A DNA stretch of 64,000 bases. Origin: Clostridium sp. CAG:524 (GTDB lineage Bacteria; Bacillota_I; Bacilli_A; RF39; UBA660). The DNA is taken from assembly GCA_000434555.1 (NCBI GenBank), contig FR880110.1, positions 26,443 through 90,442 on the forward strand. The letters are read 5' to 3'. This document shows, piece after piece, positions 8,201 to 17,208 of the stretch (the stretch's first letter is position 1; every line of letters begins with the position of its first letter). The notes beneath the pieces are model-generated. The model had not been told where the DNA came from and ran no database searches. It saw only the letters and a list, made by a program, of their open reading frames with translations. A program made the position numbers and the translations under genes.

Positions 8201-10744
8201 ATGAAGTTAAAATTTAGGGCTGATTTAAAAGATATAGTAATTTTTTTAATATTTTTAGCTGTATTATTATATTTAATAGCATTAGCAGTAGTTAATATAC
8301 ATTCTTTCGCTGTTGATGGAGTATTTAGTGGATTAAATGCTTTACCTGCGTTTGCGCCTGATATGATAATGACTACGTTAATGTTCTTTGCTCTTGCTGT
8401 TGTAGCTATTTTAGCTGCTTGTTCTTCTTATTTCTTTGATAGAGAAGAAGGATTTGGTATAACAACGCAAAAGAAATCAAAAAATGATGGATATTCAAAA
8501 TTGATGTCAGAAAGTGATATGAAGAAAGATTATGGTATTAAGAAAGTACATTTAATTGATGATTCATATGATGCTGGTGGATTTCCAGTAATTAATAATG
8601 GTAAAGATGCCTGGGTAGATGATTCAGGTCAACCACATGCATTAATCATGGGAGCTTCTGGTTCAGGTAAAACTCAAGCATTCATGTTTCCTTTAATTAA
8701 GATATTAGGTAGACATGGTGAAAGTATGATTGTTACTGACCCTAAAGGTGAACTTTATGAAAATTGTGGTGCTTTACTAAAAGAAAAAGGATATAAAATT
8801 ATATTATTAAACTTCCGTGATCCTAGGGAAGGAGCAGCATGGAATCCATTTAGTTATCCATATAGAATTTATAAAGAAGGTAATTCAGATAAGGCTAACG
8901 AACTTTTACAAGACCTTGCTAGTAATATCTTAATTGATCCAAATAATAAGGCAGAACCATTTTGGGAACAAACTGCATCTAACTTCTTTACCGGATTATC
9001 ACTTGGATTATTTGATGATGCTACTGAAGATGAAATAAATATCAATAGTATAAATATGATGGCTGAAGTTGGAGAAGATAGAATAGGTGCTTCAACTTAT
9101 ATAAAAGAATATTTTAAGAGTAAAGGTGAATTAAGTCCTGCTTATATAGCAGCTGCATCTTGTATTAATGCTCCTAATGAAACTCGTGGTGGTATTATGT
9201 CTACATTTAGAACAAAGACAAGAATATTCTCATCACAAGAAGCATTATCTGAAATGCTATCATATAGTGATTTTGATATAAGAGATATAGGAAAAGAAAA
9301 GACAGCTGTATTCTTAAAAGTACATGATGAAAAAACTACATATCATGCTTTAGCAACAATATTTGTTAAACAAGCATATGAAGCATTAATTGCAACAGCA
9401 CAAACTTTTCCAAATTTAAAATTACCATATAGAACAAACTTTATACTTGATGAGTTTGCTAACATGCCAGCACTTAAAGATGTTGAAAGTATGATTACTG
9501 CATCTCGTTCAAGAAATATTAGATTTAGTTTCGTTATTCAAAACTTTTCACAACTTAATAAAGTTTATGGAAAAGATGTAGCAGAAACTATTAAAGGTAA
9601 CTGTGGAAACTTCGTTTATCTTATGAGTACAGAACTTGCTGCTTTAGAAGAAATAAGTAAGTTACTTGGTGATCAAAAGCCACCTAAGGCTGAAAAAGAT
9701 AAACCAGCTCCTCCAGTTAGACCATTATTTACTGTTAGTGATTTACAATCTTTAAAAGAAGGAGAAGTTATCATTAATAGATTTAGAAGTATGCCATTTA
9801 AGACAAAACTTGTATATGATTATAAAATTGATTGGGGAAAGAAATATCCAATTATGGAATATACAACTAGACCTCATCATGATGTTAAAACATTTGATGT
9901 AAAAGCATATGTTAATAAATTAAAAGAGAGTCAAGGAATTAATACAAGTCCTATGGGCGCAGGTCCTGGAATGCAAATGCCAAATCCATTCATGGGTCAA
10001 CCTATGGGAGGCATGATGCCAGGTGGTATGAGACCAGCAGCTGCACCAACTCCAACTAGTCTTGATGATTATGTTAAGAGACTTGATGAAAAAATTGCTG
10101 AATTAGAAAGACAAGAAGCACTTGAAAAGGCTGAAGCAGAGAAAGCAAAAGCAGCATCTAAACCAGCAGGACAAAATATAAATAATTTTAGTTCAAATGT
10201 TGTAAATAATAATGTGATTCAAAATACTCCAATGAGCAATCAAAATATGAGTACTCCATCATTTGTACAACCTCAAAATCAAATGAATAATGTACCACAA
10301 ATGAATCAAAATATACCAAATAAATTTGTAGCAGATGAACCAACATTTATTAAAAATGTTCCACTTGCTGAAAAGAGTGAAGAAGATATTGAAAAAGAAA
10401 TCAACAATATATTTGATCACAAAATAGAAGAAAAGCATGATGAACATATTGAATCATTACCACCAGAACTTGCTTCTAGTGAAGAATATAATACATATGA
10501 TAAACCAATTGTTGAACCTATTAATAGTGATATAATTAAACCACAATATGTTGAACCACAAGAAATAAAAGAAGAAGTAAAGCCAGTGGAAATAGTTAAA
10601 CCAGAGGTAAAAGAAGAACCTAAAGTAAGTGAATTAGGTCTTGAAAAACCAAAAGTAAACATTGATGTTGATAGTGTTATTGTAAATGATAAAAATAATG
10701 ATGAAGATTTCTTTGATGATTTCTTTGGCAGTGAAGATGAATAA
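8201..10744 (+). CDS. VirD4/TraG-family type IV coupling protein (T4CP) with long low-complexity C-terminal tail
   Basis: Two N-terminal TM helices, Walker A GASGSGKTQ, TDPKGELY, Walker B FILDEFANM, RSRNIRFSFVIQNFSQL. ATG 8201 follows GGGGTGA; an alternative ATG lies at 8183. Confidence 0.85.
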   Translation: MKLKFRADLKDIVIFLIFLAVLLYLIALAVVNIHSFAVDGVFSGLNALPAFAPDMIMTTLMFFALAVVAILAACSSYFFDREEGFGITTQKKSKNDGYSKLMSESDMKKDYGIKKVHLIDDSYDAGGFPVINNGKDAWVDDSGQPHALIMGASGSGKTQAFMFPLIKILGRHGESMIVTDPKGELYENCGALLKEKGYKIILLNFRDPREGAAWNPFSYPYRIYKEGNSDKANELLQDLASNILIDPNNKAEPFWEQTASNFFTGLSLGLFDDATEDEININSINMMAEVGEDRIGASTYIKEYFKSKGELSPAYIAAASCINAPNETRGGIMSTFRTKTRIFSSQEALSEMLSYSDFDIRDIGKEKTAVFLKVHDEKTTYHALATIFVKQAYEALIATAQTFPNLKLPYRTNFILDEFANMPALKDVESMITASRSRNIRFSFVIQNFSQLNKVYGKDVAETIKGNCGNFVYLMSTELAALEEISKLLGDQKPPKAEKDKPAPPVRPLFTVSDLQSLKEGEVIINRFRSMPFKTKLVYDYKIDWGKKYPIMEYTTRPHHDVKTFDVKAYVNKLKESQGINTSPMGAGPGMQMPNPFMGQPMGGMMPGGMRPAAAPTPTSLDDYVKRLDEKIAELERQEALEKAEAEKAKAASKPAGQNINNFSSNVVNNNVIQNTPMSNQNMSTPSFVQPQNQMNNVPQMNQNIPNKFVADEPTFIKNVPLAEKSEEDIEKEINNIFDHKIEEKHDEHIESLPPELASSEEYNTYDKPIVEPINSDIIKPQYVEPQEIKEEVKPVEIVKPEVKEEPKVSELGLEKPKVNIDVDSVIVNDKNNDEDFFDDFFGSEDE

Positions 10745-10772
10745 AGATGAATAATAAAATTCATCTTTTTTT
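10744..10772 (+). terminator. Rho-independent terminator after the T4CP gene
   Basis: 9-bp stem AAGATGAAT/ATTCATCTT, 6-nt loop, then a T7 run. Confidence 0.8.
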
Positions 10773-10795
10773 CATAGAATATTTTAGGTGATATT

Positions 10796-11011
10796 ATGAA
10801 AATAATAGATGTTAGTGATAAATATACATTTAAAGAATACCATTTAAATAATAGTATTAATATTCCATATGATGATTTAATCAATAATTATAGAAGATAT
10901 CTTAATAAGACAGAAAGTTATTACTTATATTGTAAAAGTGGTAAATTAAGTAAAAGAGCCACTATGATATTATCTTCTCTTGGATATAAAGTTTACTATC
11001 TAGAAAAATAA
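10796..11011 (+). CDS. Minimal rhodanese-like domain protein (71 aa)
   Basis: Active-site loop CKSGKLS (CxxGxxS/R) and IDV...H...SINIP pattern. RBS AGGTGA. Confidence 0.6.
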   Translation: MKIIDVSDKYTFKEYHLNNSINIPYDDLINNYRRYLNKTESYYLYCKSGKLSKRATMILSSLGYKVYYLEK

Positions 11012-11044
11012 TTATAAATGTAATATAATTATTAGGGAAGAAAA

Positions 11045-11617
11045 ATGATAGATATATTAAAAGATATAATAAACTTTATAGAAACTTCAGGAATGTTGGG
11101 TGCTTTCATTGGATGTTTCCTTATTTTAATTGAATCAATAGTTCCAGTACTACCTTTGATGGTGTTTATAACTATTAATTTTTTAGTATTTGGAGATTTA
11201 GTAGGATTTATTCTTTCATGGATATTTACAATACTCGGATGTATAATGTCATACTTTATATTTAAAAAAGGATTTGGTAATAAGTTTGATAGATTAACTG
11301 AAGATAAAGAAAGGCTTAGAAAATATAAGAAGTTATTCAAGAATATTAGTGTTTCACAACTTACATTGTTAATAGCAATACCATTTACTCCAGCGTTTAT
11401 GATAAATATAGCAGCAGGTCTTACTAAAATGGACTTTAAGAAATACTTTATTTCATTACTAATAGGTAAAATCTCTTTGGTATATTTCTGGGGCTTCGTT
11501 GGAACATCTTTTATAGAAAGCATATCTAATCCAAAAATTTTAATAAAGATATTTATTTTATTGTTAATAACATATATAATAAGTATTGTAGTAAATAAAA
11601 TATTAAAGATAAAGTAG
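11045..11617 (+). CDS. TVP38/TMEM64 (DedA superfamily, SNARE-associated) membrane protein
   Basis: Polytopic 190-aa protein. ESIVPVLPLMVFITINFLVFG and IPFTPAFMINIAAGLTKM are typical of the family. Confidence 0.65.
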   Translation: MIDILKDIINFIETSGMLGAFIGCFLILIESIVPVLPLMVFITINFLVFGDLVGFILSWIFTILGCIMSYFIFKKGFGNKFDRLTEDKERLRKYKKLFKNISVSQLTLLIAIPFTPAFMINIAAGLTKMDFKKYFISLLIGKISLVYFWGFVGTSFIESISNPKILIKIFILLLITYIISIVVNKILKIK

Positions 11618-11627
11618 AGGTAGTAAT

Positions 11628-12701
11628 ATGGAATATATAATAGTAGGACTTTTAGTAGTAATAATTATCTTATTGATAGTGTTACTTACTAGAAAAAATA
11701 ATAGTGAATTAAATGAAAAATTAAGTAGAACAGAAATAAATGTGATAAAAGAGATAAGTGAATTCAAACATAATTTTTCTAATGATTTAAATAAAGATTT
11801 CAATAGTTTAAATGATAGGATTGAGTATAAACTTAACTTAATTAATCAAAAGGTTAATGAGAAATTAGAAGATGGATTTGATAAGACTAATAAAACTTTT
11901 ACTGAAGTAATGAATAGACTTACTAGAATAGATGAAGCTCAAAAGAAGATAGATGGTCTTGGTAATGAAATTGTATCTCTTGAAAGTATTCTTACTGATA
12001 AAAAGAGTAGAGGTATTTTTGGAGAAGTTAATCTTTATCATATATTATCTTCAATTTTTGGTGAAAAGAATGATAAGATATATAAAACTCAATATACACT
12101 ATCTAATTCATATATTGCTGATGCGATAGTTTTTGGACCTGAACCTCTTGGTACTATATGTATTGATTCTAAGTTTCCTCTTGAAAATTATAGAAGACTT
12201 GTTGAAAAGGGACTTAGTGAAGTAGAAAGAAATGAAAGAAGTAAGATGTTTGATAATGATGTTAAAAAACATATTGATGCGATTGCTTCTAAATATATAA
12301 TTGATGGTGAAACTACTAATCAGGCTATTATGTTTTTACCTGCTGAAGCAATATTCGCTGAAATTAATGCATATCATCCTAATATTATAAAGTATGCAGC
12401 AAGTAAGAAAGTATGGATAACTTCTCCAACTACACTTATGAGTTTACTTACTATTATTCAGTCTGTCCTTATGGGACTTGAAAGAGATAAATATACATCT
12501 GTAATACATGATGAATTAAACAAATTAGGTATTGAATTTGGAAGATATAGAGAAAGATGGGATAAGTTATCAAGAACTATACAAACAGTTAATAATGACG
12601 TTGAAAATATTCATAAAACAACTGAAAAGATTACTAAGAGATTTGATTCAATTAATAATGTTAAACTTGATGAAAATAGTATAAAAGAATTAGAAGATTA
12701 A
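11628..12701 (+). CDS. rmuC: DNA recombination protein RmuC
   Basis: N-terminal TM helix, coiled-coil region, then the RmuC nuclease-like core (IVFGPEP...CIDSKFPLENY ... AIMFLPAEAIFAEI ... VWITSPTTLMSLL). Confidence 0.8.
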   Translation: MEYIIVGLLVVIIILLIVLLTRKNNSELNEKLSRTEINVIKEISEFKHNFSNDLNKDFNSLNDRIEYKLNLINQKVNEKLEDGFDKTNKTFTEVMNRLTRIDEAQKKIDGLGNEIVSLESILTDKKSRGIFGEVNLYHILSSIFGEKNDKIYKTQYTLSNSYIADAIVFGPEPLGTICIDSKFPLENYRRLVEKGLSEVERNERSKMFDNDVKKHIDAIASKYIIDGETTNQAIMFLPAEAIFAEINAYHPNIIKYAASKKVWITSPTTLMSLLTIIQSVLMGLERDKYTSVIHDELNKLGIEFGRYRERWDKLSRTIQTVNNDVENIHKTTEKITKRFDSINNVKLDENSIKELED

Positions 12702-12710
12702 ATCATAATA

Positions 12711-12745
12711 AAACTACAACGATTAATTTCATTGTAGTTTTTAAA
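12711..12745. terminator. Bidirectional terminator between rmuC (+) and uppP (-)
   Basis: 9-bp stem AAACTACAA/TTGTAGTTT, flanked by an A-run on the left and a T-run on the right. Confidence 0.7.
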
Positions 12746-12752
12746 TTCATAA

Positions 12753-13550
12753 TTATAAGAATAATATGACAAGTAATCCAACTATTAAACAATAAATACT
12801 AAAGTAAATAAGTTTTCCATTGTTAACTATCTTTCTAAACCATTTAGTTACAAGTAGAGTAACTATTGTTGAAACAAGTATAGAGGCAGCATAATAAATA
12901 ATTAAGTCACTATGTAAATCAATACTTGTAAGTTCAAGTCCTGTCGCAGCAATACTCATTGGTATATATAACATAAATGAATATTTGAATGCAGTATCTC
13001 TTTTAAGACCACTACTCATACCACCAACTATTGTTGAACCACTTCTACTTATACCTGGAAATAATCCCATTATTTGAAAAGCACCAACTGTTAATGCTTC
13101 ACGAACGCCAATTTCATTATCACTTTTTTTACCTTTAAAGTTTCTTACAATAAATAGAAGTATTGAAGTAATAATTAATGATAATCCAACTATTTTAATA
13201 TTGTTTTCAATTTTAGCGAATAATTCTAATTTACTAACAACAAGGCCCATGAGACCAGCAGGAATACATCCAAGAACTATCATCCAACAATATTTATAAT
13301 CGTTTTTAGCACTTTTATCTTTCTTGAATAAATAGATAAAAAAATTTTTAACAAGTTTAACTAAATCATTCCAAAATAATATAACTATCGCTATTAATGA
13401 ACCAAAATTAGTAAGTATCGCAATTGTATCAAAATCAACATTCATATCCATAAGTCTTTTAAGTATCATTAAGTGTCCACTAGAAGAAACAGGTATAGTT
13501 TCTGTAAGACCTTGTATTAATCCAAGTATTATATATTTTAGCATTTCCAT
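12753..13550 (-). CDS. uppP: Undecaprenyl-diphosphate phosphatase UppP/BacA
   Basis: Motifs GLIQGLTETIPVSSSGHL and PGISRSGSTI. Start chosen at MEMLKY after GGTGA; the ORF extends to 13568. Confidence 0.9.
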   Translation of the reverse strand: MEMLKYIILGLIQGLTETIPVSSSGHLMILKRLMDMNVDFDTIAILTNFGSLIAIVILFWNDLVKLVKNFFIYLFKKDKSAKNDYKYCWMIVLGCIPAGLMGLVVSKLELFAKIENNIKIVGLSLIITSILLFIVRNFKGKKSDNEIGVREALTVGAFQIMGLFPGISRSGSTIVGGMSSGLKRDTAFKYSFMLYIPMSIAATGLELTSIDLHSDLIIYYAASILVSTIVTLLVTKWFRKIVNNGKLIYFSIYCLIVGLLVILFL

Positions 13551-13606
13551 TTTAATCACCATAATCATTATATAATATTTTTATATCAAAATAAATATAC
13601 TTTAAT

Positions 13607-13849
13607 ATGTTAAAAAGAATAATTTATTTTATATTAGGAATAATAATAACGTCATCAGCGTTAATGTATATAGTAATTTACTTGAATTTATTACGCATGG
13701 GATATAGTATGTTAGACTATGTAAAGTATGTATTTTCAAGTATAGAATGTACTAAAATATTTATAGGAATAATTTTAATAATATTATCATTAAAGAAAGG
13801 AAGAAAAAATGAATTATACTTACAATATAAAAGTGAATTTAAAGAATGA
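13607..13849 (+). CDS. Small membrane protein, unknown function
   Basis: 80 aa with two hydrophobic helices. No clear RBS. Overlaps the next ORF. Confidence 0.4.
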   Translation: MLKRIIYFILGIIITSSALMYIVIYLNLLRMGYSMLDYVKYVFSSIECTKIFIGIILIILSLKKGRKNELYLQYKSEFKE

Positions 13850-14402
13850 ATTAATTAATTTTTATGAATGGAATAAGATGGATAAAATAACAATATTAAA
13901 GAAAGTACCAGTATTTAAAGTAAATGATAATGTATATGAAAATATAATAAGTGGTAGAGTTAAAGTAAATGATACTTTTCTTGATAAAATTTCTTTATCT
14001 AATTATACAAGTATATTTTGTAATGATATAGATACAATATGTATTAAATTTGATAATAAAGGTAAAATAGATAAATTAAGTAAATTAGATTTAATTGAAG
14101 AAAAAGATGTACTTGAAGATATGCGAAATAAGCAAAAGTATAAGTTAGAATATAAGACTATTAAAAATGAAATTTCATATTCATATAATACTAGGAAAGA
14201 AAATATTACAATAAATAATTTAATAAAATATATTGAAAAAGAAAAAAACAATAAAGAAATAATAGATTATTTATATTATGAATGGTTTAATAAAAATAAT
14301 AATGAAAAAGATAAATATTTAAAATTAATTGATTCAATAAAAGAAAAATATAGTGAAAAGCATGATAAATTAAAGAAAATAGTTGAATTAATAAATTCAT
14401 AA
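13809..14402 (+). CDS. Hypothetical protein (197 aa, Lys/Asn/Glu-rich)
   Basis: RBS AAAGGAAG before the ATG. A long ORF in an AT-rich background. No motif recognised. Confidence 0.55.
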   Translation: MNYTYNIKVNLKNELINFYEWNKMDKITILKKVPVFKVNDNVYENIISGRVKVNDTFLDKISLSNYTSIFCNDIDTICIKFDNKGKIDKLSKLDLIEEKDVLEDMRNKQKYKLEYKTIKNEISYSYNTRKENITINNLIKYIEKEKNNKEIIDYLYYEWFNKNNNEKDKYLKLIDSIKEKYSEKHDKLKKIVELINS

Positions 14403-14448
14403 TGTATATTTTTATAATTAATGGTAACAATATTATTAGGAGGAATCG

Positions 14449-14988
14449 ATGAAAAAGATTTTATTATTCGTAGTATTATTGTTATCTTTAAGTGCATGTA
14501 GTTTATCAAATACGCCAACTGGTAAAGTAGAAGCATATTTAAATCAATATAATTCGTTAACTGATAATGTAAAAGTAGATATGGAAAGTAAGGTAACTAG
14601 TGAAAACTTATCTAGTGATAATGCTGATATTTATAGAAATGTTCTTACAAGACAATATCAAGATATGAAATATGAAGTTAAGGATGAAAAGATTGATGGA
14701 GAGAATGCGACTGTTACTGTGAAAGTTACTGTATATGATTTATACAAGATAGATAGAGATGCTTATAATTATTTAAATGATCATCAAGATGAATTCACTA
14801 CAGATGGAATATATGATAACGATAAATATAATAAATATAAACTTGATAATATGCTTAAAACAAATGAGAAGATAAGTTATGAAGTGGAGTTTAAATTAAA
14901 TAAAAAAGATGGTGACTGGGTACTTGAAAATCCAGATAGAGTAGTATTAGAAAAACTACATGGATTATATAATTATGAGAATAAATAA
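14449..14988 (+). CDS. Lipoprotein, unknown function
   Basis: Signal peptide with lipobox MKKILLFVVLLLSLSAC. Strong RBS AGGAGG. Confidence 0.7.
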   Translation: MKKILLFVVLLLSLSACSLSNTPTGKVEAYLNQYNSLTDNVKVDMESKVTSENLSSDNADIYRNVLTRQYQDMKYEVKDEKIDGENATVTVKVTVYDLYKIDRDAYNYLNDHQDEFTTDGIYDNDKYNKYKLDNMLKTNEKISYEVEFKLNKKDGDWVLENPDRVVLEKLHGLYNYENK

Positions 14989-15000
14989 TAATTGAAAGTA

Positions 15001-15030
15001 GAAAGTTTGATAAAAACTTTTTATTTTTTT
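15001..15030 (+). terminator. Rho-independent terminator after the lipoprotein gene
   Basis: Stem AAAGTTT/AAACTTT, 5-nt loop, long T-run. Confidence 0.65.
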
Positions 15031-15042
15031 TGACAAAAATGG

Positions 15043-15071
15043 TTGACAAAATAATTTGTTATTAATATAAT
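15043..15071 (+). promoter_or_regulatory. Consensus sigma-A promoter of the NAD operon
   Basis: TTGACA (15043-15048), 17-nt spacer, TATAAT (15066-15071). Confidence 0.75.
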
Positions 15072-15082
15072 GTTAATAACAA
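15056..15082 (+). promoter_or_regulatory. Operator 1: perfect 10-7-10 palindrome overlapping the -10 box (candidate NrtR site)
   Basis: TTGTTATTAA-tataatg-TTAATAACAA. Confidence 0.6.
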
Positions 15083-15110
15083 GAGAAAAAATTCTCTTTT
15101 AAAATAATAA

Positions 15111-15137
15111 TTGTTATTAACAAAATGATAATAACAA
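15111..15137 (+). promoter_or_regulatory. Operator 2: near-identical palindrome just upstream of the pncA RBS
   Basis: TTGTTATTAA-caaaatg-ATAATAACAA (9/10 symmetric). 22/27 identical to operator 1. Centres are 55 bp apart. Confidence 0.6.
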
Positions 15138-15148
15138 GAAGGAGGTAT

Positions 15149-15724
15149 ATGACAAAGATAGAGAAATATAAGAAATTGCTTGTTGTAGTTGATATGATAA
15201 ATGGATTTATTAAAGAAGGAAAAATGAGTGATAAAGATATTAATCATATAACATCGAAAATTAAATCATTGGTAGAGAAATTCTTAAGTGAGGATGAAGC
15301 AGTAGCATTTATTAAAGATACTCATACTAAGGATTCAATTGAATTTAAAAAGTATCCAGAGCATTGTATTGGTGGAACAAGTGAATGTGAATTAATAAGT
15401 GAATTAGCTGGTTATGAAAAAGATTCATTAGTATATAGAAAGAATTCTACTAGTACAATATTTTCTTCAAATTTTATAAGAGACATTGAAAGGATGAAAT
15501 CACTAAAAGAAGTAGTAATAACAGGCTGTTGTACAGACATATGTGTAATGAATCTTGCGATACCACTTGTTAATTACTTTGATGAACATGATAGGGATGT
15601 TAAAGTAAGAGTTCCACAAAATGCAGTTGAAACTTTTGACAGTGAAACACATGATAGACATGAATATAATAGGGTGGCACTAAGACTTATGAAAAATCAA
15701 GGAATAGGAGTTGAAAATATATAA
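15149..15724 (+). CDS. pncA: Nicotinamidase (isochorismatase/cysteine-hydrolase family)
   Basis: LLVVVDMINGF and VITGCCTDICV (catalytic Cys). ATG 15149 follows AGGAGG; the ORF opens at 15125. Confidence 0.8.
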   Translation: MTKIEKYKKLLVVVDMINGFIKEGKMSDKDINHITSKIKSLVEKFLSEDEAVAFIKDTHTKDSIEFKKYPEHCIGGTSECELISELAGYEKDSLVYRKNSTSTIFSSNFIRDIERMKSLKEVVITGCCTDICVMNLAIPLVNYFDEHDRDVKVRVPQNAVETFDSETHDRHEYNRVALRLMKNQGIGVENI

Positions 15725-17208
15725 TGGAAAAGTTAATTGATTTTTATGAACTAACAATGGAACACACTGATATTAGGAATAATAAAGAAAATGAAGTTTG
15801 TTATTTCGATGTGTTCTTTAGAAAAAATTTAGATAATGGAGGTTATAATGTAATATGTGGTCTTCATGAAATAATTGATTATATTAAAAATGTTAAATTT
15901 ACAGATGAAGATATAGAGTATTTAAGAAGCTTAAATAAGTTTGACGAGAAGACACTTGCATATTTAAGAAATTTTAAATTCACGGGTGACGTGTATGCTG
16001 TACCTGATGGAACAATCATGTTTCCTGGTGAACCTTGTATTACAGTAAGAGCGAATGCTCTTGAAGCACAAATAATTGAAACAGATTTATTAAATAAATT
16101 TAATCATGGAAGCTTGATAGCTACCAAAGCAAGAAGAATAACAAATGCCGCAAGAGGTAGAGGCGTTATGGAATTTGGAGCAAGAAGAGCTCAAGGCAGT
16201 GAAGCAGCAATAGTTGGAGCAAAAGATGCTTATATTAGTGGATGTATTGGAACATCTTGTTACGAAACAGGAAAAAGATATGGAGTACCACTTCTTGGAA
16301 CAATGGCTCATTCACACATAATGAAATATGATAATGAATATGAAGCATTTCTTGCTTATGCTAAATGTTTCCCTGATGATTCAGTATTTCTAGTTGATAC
16401 AATTGATACATTAAGAAGTGGAGTACCTAATGCGATTAAAGTTGCTAAAGATTACTTAATACCAAATGGATATACATTAAAAGGAATAAGACTTGATAGT
16501 GGAGATCTTGCATACTTATCAAAAGAAGCAAGAAAAATGTTAGATGAAGCAGGACTAGAAGATACTAAAATATGCGTATCAAATTCACTTGATGAGTATA
16601 CAATTGCATCACTTTTAAATGAGGGGGCACCAATTGATTCATTCGGTGTAGGTGAAAATTTAATTACATCAAAAAGTTGTCCAGTCTTTGGAGGAGTTTA
16701 TAAATTATCAGCAATAGAAAAAGAAGGTAAATTAGAACCTAAAATAAAAATAAGTGATAATGTTGGTAAAATAACTAATCCTGGATTTAAAAAGGTAGTA
16801 AGATTTTATGATAAAAATAGTGGATATGCAGTTGGTGATGTAATCGCACTTAAAGATGAAGAAATAAGTCCCAATAGTTACACAATAGTTGATGAGCATG
16901 CTGACTTTAAAAGACATAAAATTGATAATTATACACTTCGTGAATTACAAGTCCCAATATTTATAAATGGAAGACTTGTTTATAATGAACCAACACTTGA
17001 AGAAACAAGAAAATATGCAGAAGAAGAATTTAAAACAATATATCCAGAATCACAAAGATTATATAATCCTCATGTTCATCATGTTGGATTATCAAAAGAA
17101 TTATTAAATTTAAAAAGAAATATGATAACGGATGCTAGAAAATTAAGTCATGAAGAAGAAATAAAAATGATTAAAAGTAAGAAAGAAGGAAATAAAAATG
17201 AAATTTAA
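15724..17208 (+). CDS. pncB: Nicotinate phosphoribosyltransferase
   Basis: 494 aa. FYELTM, EFGARRAQG, GTSCYETGKRYGVPLLGTMAHSHIM. The start overlaps the pncA stop. Confidence 0.88.
   Translation: MEKLIDFYELTMEHTDIRNNKENEVCYFDVFFRKNLDNGGYNVICGLHEIIDYIKNVKFTDEDIEYLRSLNKFDEKTLAYLRNFKFTGDVYAVPDGTIMFPGEPCITVRANALEAQIIETDLLNKFNHGSLIATKARRITNAARGRGVMEFGARRAQGSEAAIVGAKDAYISGCIGTSCYETGKRYGVPLLGTMAHSHIMKYDNEYEAFLAYAKCFPDDSVFLVDTIDTLRSGVPNAIKVAKDYLIPNGYTLKGIRLDSGDLAYLSKEARKMLDEAGLEDTKICVSNSLDEYTIASLLNEGAPIDSFGVGENLITSKSCPVFGGVYKLSAIEKEGKLEPKIKISDNVGKITNPGFKKVVRFYDKNSGYAVGDVIALKDEEISPNSYTIVDEHADFKRHKIDNYTLRELQVPIFINGRLVYNEPTLEETRKYAEEEFKTIYPESQRLYNPHVHHVGLSKELLNLKRNMITDARKLSHEEEIKMIKSKKEGNKNEI

Larger units (their letters stand above)
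1..10772 (+). mobile_element. Partial conjugative-element (ICE or plasmid-derived) type IV secretion module of the Gram-positive type; continues off the left edge
   Basis: Co-directional, tightly packed or overlapping genes: VirB6/TrbL-like polytopic protein, PrgI/TcpE-like small membrane protein, VirB4 ATPase (two ORFs), CHAP cell-wall hydrolase, membrane-anchored 267-aa protein, VirD4/TraG coupling ATPase. A strong terminator follows at 10744-10772. No integrase or relaxase inside the window. Confidence 0.7.

Noticed and set aside
10417-10884. 155-aa minus-strand ORF overlapping the T4CP tail and the terminator
   Set aside because: An artefact of the low-complexity Glu/Lys/Pro-coding sense strand. 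It spans a Rho-independent terminator and the start of the rhodanese gene.
11032-11523. 163-aa minus-strand ORF antisense to the DedA/TVP38 gene
   Set aside because: The sense-strand gene has an RBS and family motifs. The antisense frame has neither.
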